This document shows, in pieces, positions 44,819 to 54,414 of a stretch of DNA of 64,000 nt. This DNA is from Luminiphilus sp. (lineage in GTDB: Bacteria; Pseudomonadota; Gammaproteobacteria; Pseudomonadales; Halieaceae): NCBI GenBank assembly GCA_965655685.1, contig CBFHHL010000118.1, positions 16,696 to 80,695 on the forward strand, in the 5' to 3' direction. Under the pieces are notes generated by a model. The model ran no database searches. It was not told where the DNA came from and saw only the letters and a list, made by a program, of their open reading frames with translations. The position numbers and the translations under genes were made by a program. Positions within the stretch are counted from its first letter, which is position 1, and each line of letters opens with the position of its first letter.

Positions 44819-46816
44819 ATGCGACGCCTTCCCTACTTATTTACCCTTTGCCTCCTGTCGTTTTTGAGTGCTTGTGGCGGCGGAGGGTCCACAAGTGCAC
44901 CACCACCACCTACTGTTGTCGAGCTGCCACCACCAGAAGACCCTACCGGGCTATGGGTTAGAAGTGAGTCCGACGGCGCGGGACTGAAAGATTACACCGC
45001 AAAATTGACCCGAATTGGACTAACTCGCAGTGCCACCGGAGGTCCTGTTTTTGAAGCGGCACCCGCTGCTGATGCGTCGGTTGGAGCGAGTGCCGGTTTC
45101 TCGACGACCTACACGTTGGAAGCCGACGTCGACGAGTTCGATATCGTCAAGTACAACGGGTCAACCTTGGCTGTCGCTCCGAGTCGTAGCGGTTGCTGCT
45201 TTGTTGTTGAGCCATTTATTGCGTCAGACGCCCTCCCACCGCCTCGGGAAGCCGAAGAGACGTCCAAAATAACGCTTTATCAGACCGACCCTAGCTCGGG
45301 TTCAGCCACTCCCGCTGGCGTTATAGATCTAGAGGAGGCCCAGGCAGCTGAAGGTATGTACCTATCGGAGTCGCGACTTCAGGTGTTGTTGTCGACGGTT
45401 TGGTGGGGTGCTTTTGGTGAGCGTTTTACTACCTCAGACGGCTGGCTCGACGAGCAGGTTTCATTGCTTAACTATGATATTACTGACGTCGAGAATCCAG
45501 CATTGACCAAGACCGTCACGGTCGAAGGCGCCTTGGTGGCATCGCGTCGCGCCGGCGATGAAATTTTTCTTATCTCGCGTCACGCTCCCAACATTGAAGG
45601 TCTCGTGAGCTACCCCCAGAATGAGGAGGAGGTGGCTAATAACGAGGCATTGCTTGCCTCGGCTTCAGACGCCGATATTCTGCCTGAGGTTCGAATCGAC
45701 GGTGAGCTTGTTGAGCCGTTGACGCTCGACAGCTGTTATCGAGTTGACCCAGAGCACCCTCTAGCAGAGCTGGCTCCCAGTGACTCAACACTCACGACTT
45801 TTCTCGCGATATCCGCCGAGACGGGTGAGATTTTGCGCGCCGCGTGCACCTTTGAACCCGTCTCAGGGGTGTATATGGGCAGTACGTTCATAGGCTTGAC
45901 TCATGTTCGGTGGGATTTAGGGCCTAGAAGCACCTTGGTTCATTTGTTGGCCCGCGATACTTTCAATTACCTGGGTTCCGAGTCTGTCAAAGGCGAGCTT
46001 TACAGTGGCGGGAATGCAGATTTTCGTATCAGCGAGTCGAATGGCGTGTTGCGGCTTGTAACTACTGAGTGGACGGGAAATCCCGAGGATGCATTCACTC
46101 ATCGCTTGTTCACACTCTCCCCGGACGAAAATGCGCCTGAGCTTGATGTTCTCGGATCATTGGGTGATGAACCAGGCTCACGTATAGGAAAGCCCAATGA
46201 AGATCTCTACGGTGTTCGCTTTATGGGCGATCGCGCCTACATGGTCACCTTTGAGCGAATTGATCCTCTGTACGTCATCGACCTTTCAAATCCCTCTCAA
46301 CCTTCAATTCTTGGGGAGCTAGAGGTGCCGGGTTTCTCCGATTTGCTGCACGAGGTGTCGGACGATTTGCTGCTTGGTTTGGGGTCAAGTGAGCGGTTCT
46401 TTCCTAAGCTAGAGCTATACAACATCAGCGACGTCACCTTGCCAACCTCGCAGGGGCTTATTGAATTGGGCGAAGAGATGGAGTGGAGCTACAGCCCGGC
46501 GCAATATAATCGCTACGCGTTTACCTATCTCGCCGGTGATGAGACCGATCGACTCACTGTGCCCTATGCGACGTTTGGTCTGATGAACGATGAATACGTG
46601 CAGGCTGACCGCATCGCCCTCTTCGAAATTGCCAATAAGAACGCGCCTGAAGAGGCGGTCGTAGTGCCCGTCGGGGAAGTGACACTCGCGCCTTATTCGG
46701 TTGACGGTGATACACGGGTAATTCTTGATAGCGAGGCTTTGTACGTTATCTCGCAAACGGACTTACTAGGTGGCTTCTGGTCGAACCCGGAGGCGGTGAC
46801 TTTGCTACGCAACTAG
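44819..46816 (+). CDS. Secreted lipoprotein with C-terminal beta-propeller domain (COG4880-like), function unknown
   Basis: Lipobox LSAC followed by GGGGSTSAPPPP linker. The C-terminal half (DLYGVRFMGDRAYMVTFERIDPLYVIDLSNPSQPSILGELEVPGFSDLLH) matches the beta-propeller-domain family as I recall it. Confidence 0.55.
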   Translation: MRRLPYLFTLCLLSFLSACGGGGSTSAPPPPTVVELPPPEDPTGLWVRSESDGAGLKDYTAKLTRIGLTRSATGGPVFEAAPAADASVGASAGFSTTYTLEADVDEFDIVKYNGSTLAVAPSRSGCCFVVEPFIASDALPPPREAEETSKITLYQTDPSSGSATPAGVIDLEEAQAAEGMYLSESRLQVLLSTVWWGAFGERFTTSDGWLDEQVSLLNYDITDVENPALTKTVTVEGALVASRRAGDEIFLISRHAPNIEGLVSYPQNEEEVANNEALLASASDADILPEVRIDGELVEPLTLDSCYRVDPEHPLAELAPSDSTLTTFLAISAETGEILRAACTFEPVSGVYMGSTFIGLTHVRWDLGPRSTLVHLLARDTFNYLGSESVKGELYSGGNADFRISESNGVLRLVTTEWTGNPEDAFTHRLFTLSPDENAPELDVLGSLGDEPGSRIGKPNEDLYGVRFMGDRAYMVTFERIDPLYVIDLSNPSQPSILGELEVPGFSDLLHEVSDDLLLGLGSSERFFPKLELYNISDVTLPTSQGLIELGEEMEWSYSPAQYNRYAFTYLAGDETDRLTVPYATFGLMNDEYVQADRIALFEIANKNAPEEAVVVPVGEVTLAPYSVDGDTRVILDSEALYVISQTDLLGGFWSNPEAVTLLRN

Positions 46817-46956
46817 CTTCAAAGATTGAGGAGACTAACGAATGGTCTTGCAAGTCGCTATTCGCGTGGGCTCAAAGTAGCCGATTAGCTGAGTCACAAA
46901 AGCACCGTAAAGAGAGGGTTAAAAGAACCTTTCAATAAAAATAATGCAGGTTGGTT

Positions 46957-49701
46957 ATGAAGATTAAAACGCTCTCCTTTTTAGTTCTCGCCTATCTCGC
47001 CAGTTCACTGACAGCGGCAGACGATGACGGAACTATATGTAAATCTGAGACCTTGAAAGTGCTTACGAATTTTCAAGGCGGAAACATTGCCCGTTGTGAC
47101 TTTTCAAAGCGTGGTGACTTGAGTATTCAGGTCGAGCCGGAGAATACGCCCATTAACTCAAGCCCGTGGTATGCCTTTCGCTTGCAGGGTACAGAGAGGG
47201 TAGATGTCCGGATTACTCTTAATTATGGAGAATTCAAGCACCGATATACGCCCGATATAAGCCTAGATGGTGTGACGTGGCAGACGTATCCCGCCGACAG
47301 AGTTGACGTAAAAGTCGATAAGTCAGCTGCGGGTTTTGTGCTGACTGTCCCTGCTAATAAGTCGTTGGTTGTCGCCGCACAACCGTTGCTGACTACCTCG
47401 CATTACGTGACTTGGTTGAACAGCCTACGTACAGATCATGGTTTGGCATTGAGCTCTGTTGGTGAGTCTGTGGGCGAGCGTGATTTATGGCGTGCAACTA
47501 CTGCGCCGAAAGATAAAACCTTGCTTTTACTCGGGCGCCAGCACCCACCAGAGACGACAGGTGCACTCGCCTTGTTCGGCTTTATAGAGCGTTTGTTCGA
47601 GTCGGATGCGCTCGCGGAACGATTTCGAAGCGAGGTGGGCGTTTTGCTTTACCCACTGATAAACCCGGATGGCGTTGATGAAGGGCACTGGAGGCACAAT
47701 GTTGGAGGTAAAGACCTCAACCGTGACTGGGGGCCTTTCACTCAACCAGAGAATCGGGCCATCAACGAAGATGTCGCGCGATGGCTGCAAACGCACAACA
47801 GCCAGCTAATCAAAGCGATTGATTTTCACTCCACCTACTATGAAGTTTTCTACACGCAACCCGATCAGTCGGCCACGGTTATGCCCGATTTGCTCGGCGA
47901 TTGGCTGTCGTTATTTGACCAATCGATGCGGCAGCAATTTGAGGATTTTGAGATTCGTAGGCAGGTCTCCAAGAACCCTCAGGTTAACGCCGCAAAGCAT
48001 TATTTCTTCTCGACCTATGGGGCCTCATCAACAACGCTTGAGATTGGAGACGATACGGATCGAGATTTCATTAAGGCTTATGGCCGTAATGCGGCCGAAG
48101 CGTTTATGACTGCTTACTTCCGTCAGCCCAAATCGGAGCCAGAAGCGCGCAGTGATTTGCCGGTGGCCAACGACGCGATTGCGCTGGTGAAGAGCGATCC
48201 GAGCGCACAGAAAGATACCAGCGTGACTTATGACGTCGTATTTCGTGGCGGACTCGTTGTTGATGGTACGGGTGGTGAGCCCTTCCATGGCGATGTTGCC
48301 ATACGGGAGGGCAAAGTGAAGTTGCTGTCGGCAGGAGAGGCGGTGAGAGCTGTTCGAGAGATCGCTATTCCCAACAAAGTCATTTCGCCCGGATTTATCG
48401 ATATTCATACGCATGCTCGTGCTGATTTGGTAAACGAGGACGAAGCGCTCGTATCTAACTATCTGACCCAAGGCGTTACTACCGTTGTCATCGGTAATGA
48501 TGGCGATGGTGCAACACGCATTAATCGCCGGTTTGACCGCATTTTTGAGCACGGCGCCGGCGTCAATGTGGCTCAATTGGTGGGGCATGCGTCGTTACGT
48601 AGGCGGGTTATGGACGATACCGGTAGGGAGGCGACGCCTGAGGAAATCGAGGCCATGAAGGGGATACTTAAGACCGCCCTGGACGAAGGCGCGTTCGGAC
48701 TCTCGACCGGGTTGTTTTATGCCGACGGATCATATGCGACTACCGAGGAAGTCATCGAGCTCGCCAAGCTAACGTCTCAAGAAGGGGGGATCTATGAGTC
48801 CCACATTCGCGCGGAGAGTTCGCGTGGGGTAGGTATTGCTGCCGCCGTAGACGAAGTGATTAGAATTGCCGAGGAGGCGAATATCCCTGCGCACATTGCC
48901 CACATAAAGGTACTGGGTAAAGACGTGTGGGGAACGTCGGGCGACATTGTCGAAAAAATCAAAAAAGCGCGTGCCAGGGGCCTTGAAATCACTGCAGACC
49001 AATATCCTTGGGTCGCCTCATCAACACAACTCAAAAGCGCGGTGGTGAGTCGAGAGTTTCAAGCCGATGGTCTGGAAGGCATTCGGTCTCGTTTAAACGA
49101 TCCGCTTACTCGAGACGAAATCCTAGGGGATATCGCTCTCAATATAGAGCGTCGAGGAGGACCTGAGAGCCTGCTTTTGGTCGAGACCGAGAACGCGAAA
49201 TGGCATGGGCTGCGTCTCGGCGATATCGCCGCCGCCTTGGCTATATCGCCCCAGGCGGCGGCGGGACACTTGCTTGCCGAAGGACGCGCGCGCGTGGTTT
49301 CGTTTAACATGACGGAAGCTGATATCGAGACTTTTATGGTCGAGCCCTGGGTGGCTACCTCGAGTGACGGAACCGAGGGACACCCTCGAAAGTTTGGGAG
49401 CTTTTCCCGAAAGTACGATACCTACGTGCGTGAGCGCGAAACCCTGACACTCGAGGCGTTTGTGCGAGCAAGCACGGGTCTACCCGCAGAGATCTTGGGA
49501 CTGGAAGGCAGAGGCACTCTCTCAGACGGTTCGGTTGCTGATCTAGTGATCTTCGATCCAGAAGCTTTCAGAGAGCGGGCAACATTCGCCGACTGGAATC
49601 TACACTCACAGGGTGTCGACTATCTTCTGGTTAACGGCGATTTTGCTATTGATAATGGTGAACTTACCCATACGCGGTCGGGAACGGTACTTTGGCGGTA
49701 A
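46957..49701 (+). CDS. Secreted bifunctional fusion: M14 zinc carboxypeptidase domain plus N-acyl-D-amino-acid deacylase (D-aminoacylase) domain
   Basis: Signal peptide MKIKTLSFLVLAYLASSLTA. M14 motifs: GRQHPPETTG (HxxE), NPDG, GKDLNRDW, IDFHST and TLEIGD. An approx 35-aa linker follows, then amidohydrolase motifs YDVVFRGGLVVDGTG, SPGFIDIHTHA, ESHIRAE, HIAHIKV and ADQYPW. It is a single uninterrupted ORF. Confidence 0.75.
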   Translation: MKIKTLSFLVLAYLASSLTAADDDGTICKSETLKVLTNFQGGNIARCDFSKRGDLSIQVEPENTPINSSPWYAFRLQGTERVDVRITLNYGEFKHRYTPDISLDGVTWQTYPADRVDVKVDKSAAGFVLTVPANKSLVVAAQPLLTTSHYVTWLNSLRTDHGLALSSVGESVGERDLWRATTAPKDKTLLLLGRQHPPETTGALALFGFIERLFESDALAERFRSEVGVLLYPLINPDGVDEGHWRHNVGGKDLNRDWGPFTQPENRAINEDVARWLQTHNSQLIKAIDFHSTYYEVFYTQPDQSATVMPDLLGDWLSLFDQSMRQQFEDFEIRRQVSKNPQVNAAKHYFFSTYGASSTTLEIGDDTDRDFIKAYGRNAAEAFMTAYFRQPKSEPEARSDLPVANDAIALVKSDPSAQKDTSVTYDVVFRGGLVVDGTGGEPFHGDVAIREGKVKLLSAGEAVRAVREIAIPNKVISPGFIDIHTHARADLVNEDEALVSNYLTQGVTTVVIGNDGDGATRINRRFDRIFEHGAGVNVAQLVGHASLRRRVMDDTGREATPEEIEAMKGILKTALDEGAFGLSTGLFYADGSYATTEEVIELAKLTSQEGGIYESHIRAESSRGVGIAAAVDEVIRIAEEANIPAHIAHIKVLGKDVWGTSGDIVEKIKKARARGLEITADQYPWVASSTQLKSAVVSREFQADGLEGIRSRLNDPLTRDEILGDIALNIERRGGPESLLLVETENAKWHGLRLGDIAAALAISPQAAAGHLLAEGRARVVSFNMTEADIETFMVEPWVATSSDGTEGHPRKFGSFSRKYDTYVRERETLTLEAFVRASTGLPAEILGLEGRGTLSDGSVADLVIFDPEAFRERATFADWNLHSQGVDYLLVNGDFAIDNGELTHTRSGTVLWR

Positions 49702-49820
49702 GCCTTGCGCACCAATTTTTGTTGTAATACCGTTTAAGTGCTGACTAGCGTTTGCACACAAACACAAAATAAACATTAACAGAAAACGGTTCAGCCACTT
49801 AAAACTACCTAGGAGTAAAT

Positions 49821-52800
49821 ATGTCTAAGCACTCATTAGGGGCTCTGAGCGTTACACGCAAGCCTCTTGCCGTTGCGGTTGCTACACTCTCTTGTGCCAT
49901 TTCAGCGTACAGCGTTGCACAGGACGACGAGACTGCCATTGAGGAAGTGATCGTCGTCGGGTCGCAGATTAAGGGCGCCTCTATTTCCGAAGCGCTTGCT
50001 GTGAGCGTTGTTGGCGCCGCTGATATCGAAGCGATGGGCGTCGACTCGGGTGATGAGCTTCTTGCTCTCATCCCTGAAAACGGACAGAACTTTTTTAACG
50101 AAGCAGAGAATATTTCAGGCGGTGTTAACTCGGGTCGTGGTGACTTGGGTGCTTTCAATCTAAGAAACCTAGGAACCGGTAATACACTTGTACTACTGAA
50201 CGGCCGCCGTCTTGTGAACTCTGCGACGTATCAAACCGAAGAGGTGGGCGGAAGTTTTATTCCGGTCAATACAGCGAACTCTAACCACTTGCCGGTATGG
50301 GGTATCGATCGCGTTGAGGTTCTTCGTGATGGTGCGTCAGCTATTTATGGTGCCGACGCTGTTGCCGGTGTTGTCAATACCGTTCTAAAGGACGACTTTG
50401 AAGGTTTCAATATTCGCTTCCGTCACTCCGAGTTCGAAAATACGCCGAGTACGCGACAGAGCATCACCGCTGAGTGGGGCCAGATGTTTAATGACGGCCG
50501 CACAAACGTTGGTGTGTTCTTTAACTACTACCACCGAGATCGTGTAAGTTCGAATGATGATCCACGTTGGGCGGACTCGGACTTTAGACGTCGTATTCCT
50601 GAGGACTCGCCTTGGGCGGGTAACACAGCGTTTAGGAATGATTCAGCCAATGGCCTCTATCCCCAGATGGATGTCAGAACGTCTCGCGAGCCCACTAGTT
50701 TAAATGGGGTGATTACTGATACAGCGGGTGAGTTTGAGACTTATCCCGTCGGTGATTCACGATGCCAATACACTATTAATGCGACGACTTGTGGTGCTGT
50801 GGATGGCCAGGGCACTTACCGTTACGACTTAAATGGGAATAATGGCTTTGGTCGCGATTTGGCGTCTGAGCTCGATCGTATGAGCATCTTCGCCAACATC
50901 ACTCACGAGCTTGAGAATGGCACTGAGAGCTTTACAGAGCTGTCTTTCTACCAGTCTGAGACCAACTTGATTCGTCATGCTTCGTATCCCTTCAGTTCGG
51001 TGAAGTTGATCATGGGGGCTGATAACCCCTACAACCCTCTGGGCAGTGGCGCTGGGCGTCTTTCAGGTCCTGACCTTGATGAGGCCATGTCGGGCGTACC
51101 CGCTGAAGGCCTAGATCTCATCATCGACAACTATCGTTTTGGACAGGTGCCGCGAATCGTTGATAACGACGGTGATATGTTCCGCATTCTTCAAGGCTTG
51201 AGGGGCACTCAGGGCGATTGGGATTGGGAAACGGCTGTCTCCTACGCCAAGGCTACAAAGGACGATATCACGCGTAATCGCGTCTCTAATACGCTGGCAA
51301 CAGAAGCGCTCAGCGATTCATCTATGGCTGCGTTTAATCCTTTCGACCCGACAAGAGAGGGGTCGAACATCGACAGAATCTTGGTTGACGTTTACCGAAA
51401 GTCCGAGACAGAGCTGACGACATTCGATTTCAAAGTATCGAACAATGACCTCTTTGAGATTGGTGCGGGTTCTGTGGCAGGTCTTGTTGGCGTTGAATGG
51501 CGTCGTGAGGAGTATTCGGATGACCGCGATCCACGCTTGGACGGCACGATTGTTTTTACTGATTATCAGGGCGACACCTACCCCTACGTCAGTGACATCG
51601 TGAACTCGAGTCCAACGGGCGATAGCTCGGGCTCACGAACAGTGACTTCTGCTTTTGCAGAACTTCAGATCCCACTGCTTGAAAATCTCGATGTGCAGCT
51701 GGCAATCCGTAACGAAAATTACTCAGATATTGGCGATGGCAACATCTCAGTGGGTAAAGCCGCGTTTGGTTATCGCCCCGTTGAGTCGCTCTTGATCCGC
51801 GGTTCATGGTCAGAGACGTTCAGAGCGCCAAACTTGGTGACGGTGAACGAAGGGCTCGTTGCGCGAAGCAACACTCGAACGGACTGGACCTGTGAGTATG
51901 CTAATCAGGTCACCAATGAGGTATATGACCTTGATTGCCGTAACTCGATTCAACGTTCGGCACAGGGTAGCGAACTCCTGAGCTCCGAGACCGGAGAGAA
52001 CACGTCGATCGGCTTTGTCCTCGAGCCGCTGGAAGGTCTGACGCTAACCGCTGATTGGTGGACCATTGAAAAAGATGACACGATCGGCCTCTTTGGTGAA
52101 GAGAACCACATGATTTTGGATCTCTATTACCGCTTGCAGGCGGGCACAGCAAATTGCTCAATGACGTTCAATCCCGCGGTAGTTCGTCAGGCGCCGGATG
52201 ATGATCAGATTGCTGCCTTTACCGAAGCGGGGATCTGCCCTGGTGGTGACACGATTCGTGTTGATGATGCGTATGCAAACCTCGATAAGCGCACGCTGGA
52301 AGGCTATGACATCGCGGTCTATTACGAAACGGATACCGATTTAGGTAACTTCAGCTTCCGCTATAACGGTTCGTTCCTCGACACGTTCGAGCAAGAAGCC
52401 TCCGGCGATGCTGCTCTGTTGGTTGCGAGCCAAGCCTCGGGTCAAATCCCTGCGAACATCCCAATCGATGGATTTGCCGATCTTGTCGGACGTGATGGCA
52501 ACCAGGAAGAGCGTCACCGCGCGAGCTTGAGATGGCGTAAAGGTGACTTTGGTGCGTCCTTGTCTGGTTATCAGGTTGGATCGTTCTACCAGAGCTCACT
52601 AACGCTTAGCGACGGTCAGCGCTACGTTATTCCGTCGATGACGACTTATGACGCAACCTTTGATTATCGCTTCGATATTGCTGATACCGGTGCGCGTATG
52701 CGTCTTGGGGTGAAGAACCTAACGGACGAGCGTGCACCCTTAGCAGACCGATACTTCGGTTACTTCGCCGATGCGCACTCAGATTATGGTCGTTACATGT

Positions 52801-52826
52801 ATCTCGACCTGCGATTGAGCTTCTAA
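49821..52826 (+). CDS. TonB-dependent receptor (1001 aa)
   Basis: Signal peptide, TonB box IEEVIVVGSQ, plug motifs LVLLNGRR and RVEVLRDGASAIYGADAVAGVVN, and terminal ...YLDLRLSF. Confidence 0.9.
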   Translation: MSKHSLGALSVTRKPLAVAVATLSCAISAYSVAQDDETAIEEVIVVGSQIKGASISEALAVSVVGAADIEAMGVDSGDELLALIPENGQNFFNEAENISGGVNSGRGDLGAFNLRNLGTGNTLVLLNGRRLVNSATYQTEEVGGSFIPVNTANSNHLPVWGIDRVEVLRDGASAIYGADAVAGVVNTVLKDDFEGFNIRFRHSEFENTPSTRQSITAEWGQMFNDGRTNVGVFFNYYHRDRVSSNDDPRWADSDFRRRIPEDSPWAGNTAFRNDSANGLYPQMDVRTSREPTSLNGVITDTAGEFETYPVGDSRCQYTINATTCGAVDGQGTYRYDLNGNNGFGRDLASELDRMSIFANITHELENGTESFTELSFYQSETNLIRHASYPFSSVKLIMGADNPYNPLGSGAGRLSGPDLDEAMSGVPAEGLDLIIDNYRFGQVPRIVDNDGDMFRILQGLRGTQGDWDWETAVSYAKATKDDITRNRVSNTLATEALSDSSMAAFNPFDPTREGSNIDRILVDVYRKSETELTTFDFKVSNNDLFEIGAGSVAGLVGVEWRREEYSDDRDPRLDGTIVFTDYQGDTYPYVSDIVNSSPTGDSSGSRTVTSAFAELQIPLLENLDVQLAIRNENYSDIGDGNISVGKAAFGYRPVESLLIRGSWSETFRAPNLVTVNEGLVARSNTRTDWTCEYANQVTNEVYDLDCRNSIQRSAQGSELLSSETGENTSIGFVLEPLEGLTLTADWWTIEKDDTIGLFGEENHMILDLYYRLQAGTANCSMTFNPAVVRQAPDDDQIAAFTEAGICPGGDTIRVDDAYANLDKRTLEGYDIAVYYETDTDLGNFSFRYNGSFLDTFEQEASGDAALLVASQASGQIPANIPIDGFADLVGRDGNQEERHRASLRWRKGDFGASLSGYQVGSFYQSSLTLSDGQRYVIPSMTTYDATFDYRFDIADTGARMRLGVKNLTDERAPLADRYFGYFADAHSDYGRYMYLDLRLSF

Positions 52827-52866
52827 ACCTACCGGTAAGGCAGTCGAAAGACCTGCCGTATGATCA

Positions 52867-52891
52867 AGGCCTCCGTAAGGGGGCCTTTTTG
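52867..52891 (+). terminator. Rho-independent terminator after the receptor gene
   Basis: AGGCCTCC-GTAA-GGGGGCCT followed by TTTTT. A second weaker hairpin, GGCAG...CTGCC, lies at about 52841-52859. Confidence 0.7.
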
Positions 52892-52907
52892 TCTTTGGGG
52901 GCAAGTG

Positions 52908-54374
52908 ATGGATACAACTCTAGAACAGAAACAGTCTACCGTTAAACAGATTGGCCTTTGGGCCGGCCCCTCACTCTTTCTGTTCATGTTGCTCACGAGT
53001 GGTGGGCAAGAGGCTATGTCGCGCCAGGCTTGGTTGGTTGCTGGCGTGGGGCTGTGGATGGCGGCGTGGTGGTCGACCGAGGCAATTCCTGTCGCTGCGA
53101 CCGCGTTTATTCCGTTGGTGAGCTTTCCGCTCTTACAGGTGATGCCGGTAAAAGCCGTTGCTCAGAGTTACGCCCACCCGACCATTTTTCTGTTTATGGG
53201 CGCGTTTGTATTGGCACTGGCCGTTGAGAAATGGTCTTTACACCGCAGGATAGCGTTGAGCATTTTATCGAAAACCGGGACCGACGGACGGAAGCTGATT
53301 CTGGGTTTTATGCTGGCTTCGGCCCTGCTTTCGATGTGGATGACCAATACCTCCACCGCCATGATGCTACTGCCTATCGCGGCATCGGTTGCCGCTATGG
53401 TGGCTGAGAAGTCAGCAGGCGTCTCGGACGCTGCTAAACGTCGGTTTCAAGTAGCTTTATTACTCGCCCTTGCATATGCGACCACCATTGGCGGCATGTC
53501 TACCATTATTGGGACACCCCCCAACGTGTTGCTCGCAGGGTTCGTTGAGGAAACCTATGGCAAACAAATCGCGTTTTTCGACTGGATGCTGATTGGACTA
53601 CCGCTTGCGTTGGTTCTGATCCCTTTAGGGTGGCTTGTGCTTACGCGGCTAGCCTTTAGTGTCGACATTCCCGCAAGTCCTGAGGCGGCGGGCGTTATCG
53701 ACGATATGCGCCGTGAAATGGGTGGAATGTCGACCCCTGAGCAGCGTGTCGGCCTTCTGTTTCTGGCGGTAGTGTTGTTGTGGATGGCAAGAAAATGGCT
53801 AAACAACGTGACAGGTTTGGAAGGCCTGAGTGATGCGGGCATCGTCATGGCGGCAGCGCTATTGTTGTTTGTCATACCTTCGGAGAGAGGGTCGGTTTCG
53901 CGTCTTATGGAGTGGGATGATGTCTCGCGCTTGCCGTGGGGCGTTCTTATTCTTTTTGGTGGTGGTCTCGCACTTGCCGCTCAGGTATCGGGTTCTGGAC
54001 TCGCGGTGTGGCTGGGCGAGTCGTTGTTGCCTGTGGCAAATCTAGGAACACTGGTGCTTATCGTAGCGGCTGCAGGCTTAGTTGTTTTTCTCACCGAACT
54101 CACAAGCAACTTGGCAACAACGGCAACGTTCCTTCCCGTCATTGCTGCGATTGCCGCGCAGTCAGGGATAGAACCACTGGTTCTATGCGTGCCAGTCACA
54201 TTAGCCGCAAGCTGCGCCTTCATGTTACCCGTTGCAACACCTCCGAATGCCATCGTCTTTTCCTCAGGTGTGCTCACCATTCCGGAAATGGTCCGTGCGG
54301 GTTTTTTCATGAACCTTGTCGCGTTGGTAGTGCTTACGTTGCTTGCAACGCTCGCTGTACCCCTCGTGTTCTAG
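52908..54374 (+). CDS. DASS/SLC13-family sodium-coupled anion (di/tricarboxylate or sulfate) symporter
   Basis: WWSTEAIPVAATAFIPLV and the repeated second-half motif TSNLATTATFLPV are present. The start is taken at ATG 52908 because the ORF-track start 52860 precedes the terminator. Confidence 0.85.
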   Translation: MDTTLEQKQSTVKQIGLWAGPSLFLFMLLTSGGQEAMSRQAWLVAGVGLWMAAWWSTEAIPVAATAFIPLVSFPLLQVMPVKAVAQSYAHPTIFLFMGAFVLALAVEKWSLHRRIALSILSKTGTDGRKLILGFMLASALLSMWMTNTSTAMMLLPIAASVAAMVAEKSAGVSDAAKRRFQVALLLALAYATTIGGMSTIIGTPPNVLLAGFVEETYGKQIAFFDWMLIGLPLALVLIPLGWLVLTRLAFSVDIPASPEAAGVIDDMRREMGGMSTPEQRVGLLFLAVVLLWMARKWLNNVTGLEGLSDAGIVMAAALLLFVIPSERGSVSRLMEWDDVSRLPWGVLILFGGGLALAAQVSGSGLAVWLGESLLPVANLGTLVLIVAAAGLVVFLTELTSNLATTATFLPVIAAIAAQSGIEPLVLCVPVTLAASCAFMLPVATPPNAIVFSSGVLTIPEMVRAGFFMNLVALVVLTLLATLAVPLVF

Positions 54375-54414
54375 GCGAGCAGATTGTCGGTTGAGTTTTT
54401 TAGAGGATTAACTG

